A DNA stretch of 64,000 nt from the human T2T-CHM13v2.0 reference genome, Homo sapiens: assembly GCF_009914755.1 (NCBI RefSeq), contig NC_060927.1. One strand, given 5' to 3'. The translations under genes were made by a program, and so were the position numbers. The notes under the pieces are model-generated. The model worked only from the letters and a program-made list of their open reading frames with translations. It searched no databases and was not told the origin of the DNA. Positions 1 to 11,871 of this stretch are shown one piece after another (the first letter of the stretch is position 1; the number at the start of each line of letters is the position of its first letter).

Positions 1-573
1 ATTTTTAAAAGATCTCCAAGGAGAGTGATTCTTTCTTTTTGTTAGCATCTGCCAGAAATTCAAGGAAAGCTAGAAAAAAGAACAAGGGGTAGGTACAGTT
101 GGTGGAGAGGAGGAAGAGAAAAGAGAAGCACAAAAAATAACCTTGGAGCATTTTAGAAATAAAAATATGACTAGGTCTCATTTGAGTCTCTCTAGCTCAC
201 AGTACCTGATAGGGGTCAAACTCCCAAGGACTTGGGACTCTTCTTTCCAAATTTCAATCTCAAATTATTTTAGAGTTTGCCAGAGCTGCACAGAAAAAAA
301 GACTTTGAAGTCAATAATCAATTTGAAATATCCATTTTATGCCAGGTTAATTCTCTCCCAACCTCTGTGTTTAACACTCCTACTCTTAAATATCAGCAAT
401 TTGGCAAATTCCTTTTCTTTCTGCTCTTCATATCTTGTGTTGATTTATATCCACATTCCAGGAAAGGCTCAGTAACCAACCAAAGTTCTAAGATTGATTT
501 ATTGCCCTCCATGTCAATTAGAAGATCCTTACAGAAAGTCTTCTATCAGAAACCCTCACACACAACCTTGATA

Positions 574-613
574 TGTGTGTGTGTGTGTGTGTATGTGTGT
601 GTGTGTGTTGGCA

Positions 614-647
<34 letters not shown>
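574..647. repeat. (TG)n and (CA)n microsatellites back to back
   Basis: TG run 574-608, spacer of about 10 nt, CA run 619-647. Confidence 0.95.
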
Positions 648-653
<6 letters not shown>

Positions 654-951
654 GGAGGAGCAAGGAGAATGCAGTACTGTGTACTACTCTCTGAGAGCCA
701 TAATCCAACAACCTTTCTTTCAGAATTAAGGACTCCCAACAAAACTCTCAAGTGCAATGCCACAGCAATTACAATAGTGAGAATACTGCCCAGAAGTCAC
801 TAATGCCATGGGTGAAGTTAGGCTTCCTTGATAAGAGAAACAAGGTCCTAAGAACCGAACAACATTTAACCAACACCACTGCTGCTTGACAGGGACCAGA
901 ATTCCCTTGAATTTTGTTAGCTATAATGCCAACCAGTCAGTAAAACAGGGA

Positions 952-1023
952 CACACACACACACACCACACACACACACACCACAAGCCTGCAGCATCAG
1001 GAGCTGGAGTTCAAGGAGATCAG

Positions 1024-1058
<35 letters not shown>

Positions 1059-1059
1059 C
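952..1059. repeat. Two interrupted (CA)n tracts just inside intron 1
   Basis: CA runs at ~952-985 and ~1024-1059. Confidence 0.95.
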
Positions 1060-1100
1060 GTGTAGACGCGCGCAGCAGAAAAGTTGCCCGAAAGCCCTAC

Positions 1101-1255
1101 CTGAGGATGGCTGTGTCCCCCTGCCTCACGGTGATGTTGTCCGTGCCTCGGTTAAAATCCACGCTGCGAACAGGCAGTCCTGTGGGAAGAAGGCAGAGCA
1201 ATCTCAGTAGGACCAGTGGCAACTGTTTCCGATCCGGCTGAACTCTCCTGACCAT
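1101..1255 (-). CDS. LSAMP: Limbic system-associated membrane protein, coding part of first exon (exon 1b)
   Basis: Minus strand GCCACCATGG (perfect Kozak, ATG at 1255-1253) translates to [52 protein letters not shown], the recognised LSAMP N-terminus. 155 nt ending in the donor CTCAG|GTAGGG at 1101/1100 (phase 2). Hydrophobic signal peptide and NIT sequon. Confidence 0.97.
1179..1200 (-). other. LSAMP: Internal 3' splice acceptor inside exon 1b (entry point for alternative 1a first exons)
   Basis: Minus strand TGCTCTGCCTTCTTCCCACAG|GACTGCC is a polypyrimidine tract plus CAG, with AG at 1181-1180 (phase 1). It fits the known 1a/1b twin-promoter structure of IgLON genes (LSAMP, NTM, OPCML). 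Confidence 0.75.
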
Positions 1256-2260
1256 GGTGGCCACGCCGAGGTGCGGGTCCGCGGGGTGCTCTGGAGGGGT
1301 GCGCGCTGCTCGCGAGGAGAGGCTTCACCAACACGGGGCTTTCATCCACAGCGAGCGCAGAGCGGGCTTTGCCAGTTTATGGTCCTTTCCACTTTGCCTC
1401 TCTCTTTCCCTCGCTCAGTCTCTTTTCCCTCTAAGACTTAACAAAGCCCTCATAAAACCCAAGCAGAAGGGTGAAAAGTAAAAGCAACACAATTTCAAAA
1501 GAGAGAGTGCAAATAGCAAGCCCTCTGGAAGAGCTGAAGAGGAAGCCAAAGGAAAGGGTTCTTGTTTGGTCTCTCTGTGACTGGATGCTCCTCTGCCAGT
1601 GTCTGAGCTGAGCTCCTTCGCTCTGTAACCCACTTTCCCAGGCTGGCGGGCGGGCGGGCGAGGGAGCCGGCACCAAGCCTGCCAGTGAGTGTACAGAAAC
1701 AGCCACACAGCAGCAGCAGCAGCAGAAGCAGCAGCAACCCAGAGCCTCTCTCCCCCTCCTCCCTTTCCTGTTTCTCCCAGTCCCTGGCGCTCTCTCAGCT
1801 CAGCACCTCCCCCCCACCCCCCCACCCTCCCCCCACCCTGCTGGTTTTCAACAGCCCCTCCACGTCATCCCCTCCGCCCTCCCCTCGACGTGGCCCCTCG
1901 CTTTGCACAACTGCCCCCTTCAGCAGCAGCCAGCCTCAATGAAAGCCTGATGCGCCTTTGGGTTGTCAGGACGACAGCTCCATCTGAGGCCTGGCTGATT
2001 TCCTTAAGAAGGGGGAATGGAGCTTAGAGGTACTGTTCAGGAGAGAGGGGAGAAGGAGAGGGACTTAAGTTATAAAAGAACAGGAGAAAGAGTCCAGGAA
2101 AGGAGAGGGAAGGGGTGAGGAAAGAAGAAAAAGGAGGTGGGAAGGAGAGTTGCAAATGAGGGGAGTGGGACAGAGGACAGGAAAGCTTTGAGGTGGGGAG
2201 TGAGGGTGGGGAATGTCCTGAAAGATGGGAGAAGGAAACTGAGGAGAAACTTGACAGTGG
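1256..2260 (-). promoter_or_regulatory. LSAMP: LSAMP 1b 5'UTR and promoter
   Basis: Local CpG/GC enrichment (about 1060-1370 and 1640-1900), GC boxes GGCGGGCGGGCGGGCG (~1644-1660), CRE/ATF-like TGACGTG (1861-1867, minus), C-rich tract 1807-1838 and polypurine tract ~2040-2250. The TSS cannot be fixed from sequence alone. Confidence 0.75.
1708..1737. repeat. Interrupted (CAG)n repeat
   Basis: (CAG)6 AAG (CAG)2 CAA. Confidence 0.95.
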
Positions 2261-3008
2261 AGTCTAAGGTTAAAAGCCAAAGTTGATTTCAAACGAAACA
2301 TTCTTGGCAACTGGCTTTGCGTGTTCAAGTCTTGTTCATTCTTTCCTCTTTCCTGCACTTTCTCTTACAGGATTAAAATGGTTTATTTTCTCTCCTTCCT
2401 TCATCCCCTCCCCCTCTTGGAACCCCTTTATGAAAGATGGATTGGAGACAATGCTGGTATTGAGTGGTCTGGGGTGTGAATGCTTGGCTTGTTTTTTCCA
2501 AGTGCCAGCCTCAGCAGCTGATCCCTGATCCCTAAATCAACTTCACTCTCCAGGAAACTCTCACTCAATCCTACACATGAGTAATGGTATTAAGGATTAC
2601 TATTTAAAGGGCACATTGAATTGCTACCCAAGTTCCTCCTGGCACTTACTTCTCAAAATGTTCATATGCAAGGAAGGAGATTTGTAAATCAGAAAGCTTG
2701 TCATTTGCAAGGAGACACTAAGTAAGGTTGTGTGCAGTACTCCTGCTAATGGCAGACAGGTTACCATCATTTGTCACTCCTTTTATTCCATGAGCCAAGC
2801 AAGTGATGAGGACCATAAAGACCACTGATAGTCACTCAAGTGACAGCCCCACACTCTTGGACATCTCCCTCATTACTGATGTTGAGGATAAAAAATGTGT
2901 TTGTACCAGCCAAGGACTTTATTTTTCTCTTCTTTGATTATATTTATTTAAATAATGAAAGTATTCATATGGTACAAAAACCAAATGGTACAAGATGCTA
3001 TAGAGTGA

Positions 3009-3348
<340 letters not shown>

Positions 3349-4165
3349 GTAGTTTTCTTCTTATTCCCGTCTTTAGGCAACCCATTTCTCTTTTTTGGAG
3401 GCAACATATATTTTAAGTTTGTTATATATCTTTCCATAAATATTCCATATATATAAAAATAAATATGTACATAGATATTATACCCATCCCTCTTATGTAA
3501 GCAAATGTTTAGCCTAGGACATTTGCCAAAAATAAAATAAAAAGAAAGAAAGAAACATGTTTAGGAATCCTTATCAAACCCCACCAGAGCATAAGCCTTA
3601 AAGAAACACTGTGCTGAAACTGGCTTGTCCTCAGAATACTCAAAGCACTTTTTCTGCGCATGTTTTCAGTTTAAAAGATAGATGAACTCTTACAGATTAC
3701 GTGAGGAAAAAAAGGAAGACCTATTTTGCTTTTAAGAAAACACGGAGGATTGGAATCTGAATTGTCATAAATCCATGATTGATGGAGTTCAATTAATTTT
3801 ATGTGTACTGTGCATTCATTTTATATAAATCAAGGTGTCCTATGTCAGGGATTATACACAGTGCCCAGTTAATAAACCAATGTTCGACCACTAAGTTATA
3901 ACTCAGCTGTTTAAAACTTGGAATCCATTTTGCCATAGGAGAAATAGTTAGGCCAAGTGGATAGTTGACTAAAAAACTCATAATCCTGTGAATCCCGGTA
4001 TCAATGGACAAATGAGCTTCAAGTGCCAAACAAACAAACAAACAAACAAACAAACGAAGATCAAAGATGCAAGGATTACATAATTTTCTGCCAAGATTGC
4101 AGAGAAAAGAGCACCCTCCCTTTCCCCACACCACCAACAGACTTGACCATCCTTGTCAGGCTAAT

Positions 4166-4510
4166 TTTTTTGTTTGTTTGTTTTGTTTTTTGTTTTTTGT
4201 TTGTTTGTTTGTTTTTTGTTTTTTTTTTTTTATACTTTAAGTTTTAGGGTACATGTGCACATTGTGCAGGTTAGTTACATATGTAAACATGTGCCATGCT
4301 GGTGCGCTGCACCCACTAACTCGTCATCTAGCATTAGGTATATCTCCCAATGCTATCCCTCCCCCCTCCCCACACCCCACCACAGTCCCCAGAGTGTGAT
4401 ATTCCCCTTCCTGTGTCCATGTGATCTCATTGTTCAATTCCCACCTATGAGTGAGAATATGCGGTGTTTGGTTTTTTCTTCTTGCGATAGTTTACTGAGA
4501 ATGATGATTT
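4166..4510 (-). mobile_element. 5'-truncated young L1 3' end (L1PA2-like)
   Basis: Long patterned T-tail 4166-4230 then L1 3'UTR. Sense reads GCTAGATGACGAGTTAGTGGGTGCAGCGCAC (GAG, not the Ta ACA), with gagatcac/aatatcac. Confidence 0.88.
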
Positions 4511-7199
4511 TAAGCACTTAGGAATGAAGAGTTGGCTTAGACAAAGGCTTCGATTAACATATATCCTTTGGTTTGGTGCTTCTTCCATGTCAAGTGGAAG
4601 AAAAGAGAGATAAAAGGGACTGATAGCTATGAGAATCATCTGTTTCCATTGCTGGTGCTAGGTGAATAGTATGACCCCCAGTAAGAGCAGAGATACTCTG
4701 AGGGGAAGGATTAGACATTTAAAGAGTATAAGTATTCTCCTGTGTCAGTCAACTAGATTTTGTATGAAGAAAGGAAAGTTTTTTTCAGGACAAGGAGGAA
4801 GTATGGTGGCTGGTAGCATATCATAAACAGAAGATGTTTATACATGATTGTTAGCTAATACCTATACTGGTAACCTCATACTACCAGAAGAACTTGCCTG
4901 GTGGTGCTTGGAGAAAACATATGTTTAACATACTGTAATATGAAGTAATTTACATCAAAGTAGTAGGAATGTGGAATTTGTAGTAACTCAATCAAATCTG
5001 GAATTTGTCTCTACATTCACTCTGAGAAATGGATATATTAAAGTAAATCTGGATTGTAATCAGAATTATAGAATTGCCTAACCTACCTAATCAGAAACAA
5101 ATTATAAACACATATGTGTATAAAAATCATATAATGTAATTAAAGGTTTTTAAAAATATCTTTATTAAATAAAGTCCATTTCTTGGCAGCTTTTGTTAAA
5201 CTAAATTGACTTACTATGATGACTGAAAGTAAGATGCAATTTTTTAAAAAGACAATATTTTAAAAATTCCCTAATTTAGGCTGTTTAGAAATTATTTCTA
5301 ATTCAATTAGACTGAATCAACAATTTCAAAATTACAAAGTTTGTTTTATTCATTTAAAATTTATTATTTACATCCAGGTAGCACTTCAAGTACAACTCTT
5401 TAACCCAGCCCTTGGCCCAGAGGGAGTACTTTATACTTGATAAATATAAGAACGGAAGAGTGATTAAATGCTTATGCTCACTTACTTGGCTTACCTCACC
5501 ATTTACAAAATAATAAAAGTATTTGAGGGTGTACCATCTACTTCCATTTCAATATTATGCTTTCTCAGAGTTCTTCCTCTTTTCACTTACTGATAGAAAT
5601 CTTCTGGTATTTTTTCCTCCATTATCTCTCGTTTCCTAAGAAATCCAACAGTCAATATACATTGGATAATGTATCTCATCCTAGTGGTCACTCCCCTAAA
5701 TCTACCCTGATATTAACTTCTCTGCTTTCTTTCTTCGGAAATGTAGAGAAGGAAACAAATAAACGTGTGGCTGAAATTTACACAAGCTATTTTTTTGTAA
5801 ACCACTATATACATTTTTCCAAGAGGGTTGGCAAAAATGAACATACTTTCAGGTTATTTGTGAGGCAAGTGTGGCTGTTAGCCATGTGAAACAGCCATCA
5901 TCACCCAAGTAAGATGATCTTAACTACTACTTTAAAATAACATACTGCCTTTCTAAAAGAGGCTTTAGAAGATTCTGGCACTCTTCAGGGACAAATGTTG
6001 CAGGAAAAACAAAAACTGCCTAACGTCTGAGTACCCTAAGAAGCATGAAAGATTTATTCTTCTGTTTAGCTTTGTAAGGTAATAGGCTCACATGAAATCC
6101 AGATGCAGCCTGGAATGTGCAACTAATTTAGCAACACTGCTTGCATTTTATGCTAAACATGTCTATAATATTAATATACTACTCTACATTTCTACAGTTG
6201 TAAGGTCTTAATCATAATAACACCATGCCTGTACCTTACTTTTCTAAGTGGAATTAACATTTCCATATGAACTAGAAATGCAGAATTGCTAATACTTTTC
6301 CTTAGGATCCGTGGTATGACATTTTCAATGATTTCATCATAATTTAACAATATTCAAGTAACCCAGTTTATGCTTATAAACATAGCACTATCTTATATGA
6401 GTTTTCTCTGGAATCTAGGCCTTCCAATACAGACACTTCATTGGCATGTGTGTCACTGCCTAAGAAAATCAGTCAGCTGCAAGTCAGTTAAATATTGTCC
6501 AAATCTTTACTATAGACCCCCTCCCCCAGTGATGTAAAACACGTGGTCCACATCCTACACAATTAAAAAATCACTCTTTGGTTTGCATTTAGTGCATGTC
6601 TTTGTGGTTTATTATTATCATATCAGTCTTTTGCTTCTAAGTAAGTATACTTTGGTCACTTGTTCTATTTTGGTAGGCATCAATGCTTGGATCTGTCCCA
6701 GTTTTTGAAAGGGCTTTGGGATTCTTAAACTGCTGCCTGCATCCTCACTTCTTGCTTCTGCTCCTGATTATGCATAAACATATATGTGCTTACACTTATT
6801 GATGCATTTGCACATCAGAAAAGTAATTTTCATGTGCCTTATTATTTCCCAGAAGTATATACACCAGCCCTTGGACCTTCCTCTTTTCTAGGTTGTCCAC
6901 TCTGCCACCATGTACAAGGAGGTGGAAATAGCTAAAAACTGCTGCATCTGCATTGCTACTACGCTTTTTGATCTACCCCCCAGATACGGGAAGAATATTG
7001 CAACATCTGGAAAGATGACAGTAATGGCATCTTCAGTATAGCAACATGTTAGTATAAGCAGGTAATCAGGAAATTCTACCCCCTATTTGTGGTTGTTGTA
7101 GTAACTTGAATTCCTACAATCTGAAAATAGACCAAGGAGAACTGAGGAATAGTGGAGGTGGGTGTACAATTCCATATTCTGACATGCCCAATAGGTTTG

Positions 7200-7890
7200 T
7201 AATTCATTCGTTTGATCAATATGCTTTTATTGATACAGTAGTGAATCAAGACAGGCCAAGACTCTCCTCTGTTGAACTTGTATCCCAGATGCAGAAATGA
7301 ACACTATACAAGTACACACAGATTAAGATTATTTCAGAAAGCAAATGCTATTAAAGAAAAATGTGTGATACAGAGTAAATGGCCTGGAGATGTGGTGATG
7401 GGAACATAAAGAAAAGTGGCCAACCAACACCTCTTTGAAGAGGTTGGTATTTTAACTAAATCCCAAAATCTAAGGAGGCTTCCATGCAAATATCAGCACG
7501 AAGGCCTTTCCGGGTAAAAGAAATGGCATTCGCAAAGGCCCTGAGGTAGAACTAAGAGTGTCATACACCAGGAACCAAAACAAAGACAATAAACCTGTGA
7601 TGTAGTTTGTGTGTATGTTATGAGGGTAGTTGGAAAAGACAAATAAAAATTAGAAAGTAAGGAAGGGTCATAATGAAAACATTCTGTGTAAGAAATTTAG
7701 ATTTTAGTCTACTGACCTGAATAAGCAAGGGATTGACATAATCTGATTTACATCTTAGAAAGATTGAAGAGTGGACGGTAAAAGAGCAATAGCAGAAGAA
7801 AGGAAACAAGCCGAAGAAAATCGTAGTCATCCAGTGGCAACTGGCTTAGACTATGGGGTAAAAATGAGATGGAGAGGAGATTGAATTGAC
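7200..7890 (-). mobile_element. L2 relic
   Basis: ttcattc start, 'gcaaaggccctgaggtagaa', 'atctgatttacatcttagaaagat', which are typical antisense L2 3' motifs. Boundaries approximate. Confidence 0.6.
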
Positions 7891-8594
7891 TAGATTTGCT
7901 CATAATGGGGAAATCTTCCCCAAAAGGCCATCTGCTATCACAAGTGATCAATGTTTTCCATATGCCAGCACTCCTCCTCACTGTATTAATTCAATTCTGG
8001 TATACTCTTGTAGAAAGCCACCACTCATCAAATCATCAAATAAGAACTGACAGAATGTCAAGTTATTAATACCAGCTAGTCAAAAAAAGGTGCTCCAGTT
8101 GCTGCTTTTCTTTAAGTATAAACTTTGCTTGCCATTAATATGTTTATTGTATGTTAATTAAATATCAGTGTAATAAGCCAGTGTGTTAGAAATTAAGAAG
8201 TGCATAACAAGAGGAACAGATGCTATGTAATTATTAAACTTTACTAAATATTTCCTTACATATCTATATTTATCAGGCAATAGCTATCCTGCTAAATCTA
8301 AATAAAATGCCTAGTCAAATATCTTGAGGCTATAAGTCATGTAAATAACACTAATATGTTTTCTCCAGAGTTTACTGACAATATCGAGCTGCAGGGCAAG
8401 TTCAGTATTAGGTCATTATATTATTCAAAGGGTCCCAGAAGTCGACCTGCTTAAAAGTATCTTCCTTTCTTATCTTGTCTGTAATTCACATTCTCACATG
8501 CTTTTAATATTGAGTCTAAGAGCATTGCCTGGATGAGAGGAAGAGGATTCACAAAACCTGCCAAATCAGTTGTGTTGCCATATATGAGAAAGTT

Positions 8595-9910
8595 CATTAA
8601 ATTAATGAATAATTCTTGAGACCTATCATATAACAGGGACTGTGCTAACCTCTAAGGAAACAATGATGTACAAGACTGACCACCCTGCCCTTCTGCAAGT
8701 CTAATGGGGAAATGGCATTAGAAACTCCTTCCAGAGAGGGATTAAATATTGTCTTTGTAAAATTATAAGGCAGACCTTTCAAACTTGCTCTTCAGTATAG
8801 AACAGAGGCAAATGAATCAATGTATATGTCCAGTCTTCTCTTTGATGCTGATTAGTACTGAAAATACCAAAATTCAGAGTTCTCATTTTCAGGAACCCAG
8901 AAACTCATGAGATAGAGCAATAAGACGAACACACATGAAGCACAGAATAAGATTCATCAGTGAATAACTGAGGACTGAATTGTAAGGGAGCAGAATCGAA
9001 ATGCTATGGGAATTCAGAAAAGGAATCCAGTAAGGGGCTTTGTGGAGAAAATGGCATTTTAGGTTATCGTTGAAAGGTGTGTAAGAAAAGAATGGAGGAA
9101 GACAACACTTTAAGCAAAGTATGGCCATGAGAATCAGTCTGCAATAAGAATGGAGCTGCAGGAAGTCTCACCCAACTAACAGAAGGAGAGGAGAGGAGCA
9201 AGAAGGTGGGTTAGAGAAGCTGCCTAATGAAGAATCCTGAATGCCTGAATGAAGAGTCACGCTTCATCTCATAGTTAGAAGGCCACTTTAGATTCTGGAG
9301 GAGGGAGGAGAGATACTGACATCTTAGGGAGCTTATTTTGGCAACGGGAAATTAAAAAGTAGAACAAAGATGAAGTAGAATTACTAGTTAGAAGGCTAAT
9401 AAAGTTGCTGATGAAATGATGAGAGGCAAACTTTATCAATTATATATACTGTTGCTTCCTATTAATGATGAGGAATGAAATCCTTCATTCAGAGACTTCA
9501 CATTCATGGGGAAGGGCAAGTTGTAGGAAAGTGTATGAGGGTGGAGATGGCAAAAAGTTAAAATGGAAAGTGACTCTGCTTCTGTAAGTTGGGGCTAGTG
9601 GGGGTCTTGACAGGCAAGTTAATGAGTTTGGCCTTTATTCTGTATGCAGTATGGAGCCATCAAAAACTTTGAGCAAGGAGTATTTTAAGAAGATAACTGG
9701 CAATGGAATGGAAGATAGATTGGGACAAGTCACAGTCAGGGAAGACCAGCTATAAAGTTTCTGAAATAGCACAGGCAAGAAATGAAAAAAGCAGACTACA
9801 GGGCAATGGCACTGAAAAGAGAAAAGAGGTGAAAACTTTTAGGGAAATTTCACAGGACTGTTGGGACTTGTCAACTAACTGGATATGGAAGTTGAGGACA
9901 TAGGAAGGGC
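8595..9910 (-). mobile_element. Fragmented L2 relics
   Basis: 'gggactgtgctaacctctaagg...ccctgcccttctgcaagtctaatgggga' and 'gagtttggcctttattctgtatgcagtatggagccatc'. Purine-rich L2-like text; boundaries approximate. Confidence 0.5.
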
Positions 9911-10654
9911 AAAAGATGCCTCTCCTTTTCTTTTCTTGAAGTCCAGGTTGATAAAATAGAAATGTTGAGTTAAAAAAAAAAAAAAGCTAGATTCAGAGGG
10001 AATTTGGAAATTCTACTTTTAGAATTCTGGATTGGTTCCTAAATTGGTACTCAAATAGCCTGCACTTCCAGATGGACAGGCTCAGGAAGTTGTCTTAGGA
10101 ATATGACATTCTTCACAGGAGAGCTGTCTCTGCATTCTGTAATAAACTAAGACCAGAAATTCAGATTCTTTCCCCCATATTTGTCTGTGTTTTTTTTTTC
10201 TTTTTTTTTCTATCACATGTTTCTGTTACTTCAATATATTTATATATACAGCATGTTGGCAAGTGACCTATTTGCCAATAATGAATCTCATTTTGATTTT
10301 TAAAAACACATCCATATAACAATTAACTGATTCTATGTTTCAAGAAGAAATATCATCTGAACTTGTCTCCCTCTGCTGGTTGCATATTGAGGTATCATGA
10401 ATCTTTTTAAACCATAGTAATATTAGAAATAGAAATATCCAATGATAATGTGTTTTGTTCAAGTATAGAGCTTTGCGGTTTGCAAATGTATAGTGACACA
10501 CATAATTTAATATGGTATCTTCCTGCAACTTTGTGAGATAAACAGTACAAGTATTATCACCCTACTTGTCAGAAAATTACTTTGAGACTTTAAGCCAGTA
10601 AATCTCATATGAAATTAGAGGAAAATCAGGAAGCATATGTAATTAGAAGAATTG

Positions 10655-10825
10655 CATACTGTTAAAGATAGAAAAGACCCAGAAAATTTTCTTGTTCAGT
10701 CCTCCGATTTTACAGCTGAGACATGGAAACATAGACTTTACACAGTTATTTAGGATGACTGAGATTAGTACTTAAAAAGCCCAACTCTCAAAACAGTGCC
10801 CTTTCTATTATACCATGCTGCCTGC
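10655..10825 (-). mobile_element. MIR relic
   Basis: 'gattttacagctgagacatggaaac' core-like motif and 'agtgccctttctattataccatgctgcct' end. Confidence 0.55.
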
Positions 10826-11499
10826 CTAATAATATCAAGATATAAATCCTTTATAGCATAGCTAAAGCATTTACATAGGTAGTCTGGGTTGTAGATTGAA
10901 AATGTCTGTTTCTCTGAGGCCAAATCTACATTGCATCAGAACAACCCACAGCTATGTTAAACTTATAATAAAGTAAGAAACAATAGGAAAACAAAACCAA
11001 AATAAATGGAATTCACACCAGTTGGACAAATAAGTAAAGCAATCCTCAATTACCTGTTTGAATAGACTACTTGTCTGTCCAGGCTGGGGCTCTATAACCA
11101 CAGACAAGGCTTGAGATGATATTCAGGAATGCCAGAGTATTATAGACTGTGTTAGTAGAAGAAATGCAGTGAAATTTTCTCACCCTCCCACTGCCTGGGG
11201 CACTCTTTTCTTCTTTCCTATATGTCCTACTAGAGAGTCTACTATGGCTTTCTGGCTTTTCACCTGAGTTACTACTCCTTAAAGTTACTCCCATTCTTAA
11301 TGGATGTCACTATTCTCTCTTGGCAGGAAATAAAGTTTGATTGAAATAATGTATTCTTGTGTGTGAGTGACTGGTAAGTTCCAACGTCTGAAGGGATAGA
11401 AATATAATAAAAGGAACATTGGGAGGAGCCAAGATGGCCGAATAGGAACAGCTCCGGTCTACAGCTCCCAGAATGAGCGACGCAGAAGACGGGTGATTT

Positions 11500-11871
11500 C
11501 TACATTTCCATCGGAGGTACCGGGTTCATCTCACTAGGGAGTGCCAGACAGTGGGGGCATGACAGTGGGTGCAGTGCACTGTGTGCCAGCCGAAGCAGGG
11601 TGAGGCATTGCCACACTTGGGAAGTGCAAGGGGTCAGGGAGTTCCCTTTCCTGGTCAAGGAAAGGGGTGACAGATGGCACCTGGAAAATCGGGCCACTCC
11701 CACCCAAATACTGCACTTTTCCGACGGGCTTAGGAAATGGCGCACCAGGAGATTATATCCCACACGTGGCTCAGAGGGTCCTATGCCCACGGAGTCTCGC
11801 TGATTGCTAGCACAGCAGTCTGAGATCAAACTGCAAGGTGGCAGTGAGGCTGGGGGAGGGGTGCCCGCCAT
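11500..11871 (-). CDS. L1 ORF0 (antisense ORF of the L1 5'UTR), open for 123 codons
   Basis: ATG at 11871-11869 gives MAGTPPPASLPPCSLISDCCASNQRDSVGIGPSEPRVGYNLLVRHFLS..., matching primate L1 ORF0. Expression is unknown. Confidence 0.6.
   Translation of the reverse strand: MAGTPPPASLPPCSLISDCCASNQRDSVGIGPSEPRVGYNLLVRHFLSPSEKCSIWVGVARFSRCHLSPLSLTRKGNSLTPCTSQVWQCLTLLRLAHSALHPLSCPHCLALPSEMNPVPPMEM

Noticed and set aside
143-803. ORFs of 76-150 aa with VCVC/HTHT runs
   Set aside because: Translation of dinucleotide repeats in intron 1; no protein family resemblance.
1415-2027. Overlapping poly-Ala/Ser/Leu/Pro ORFs
   Set aside because: Products of the CAG repeat and GC-rich promoter, mostly with non-ATG starts.
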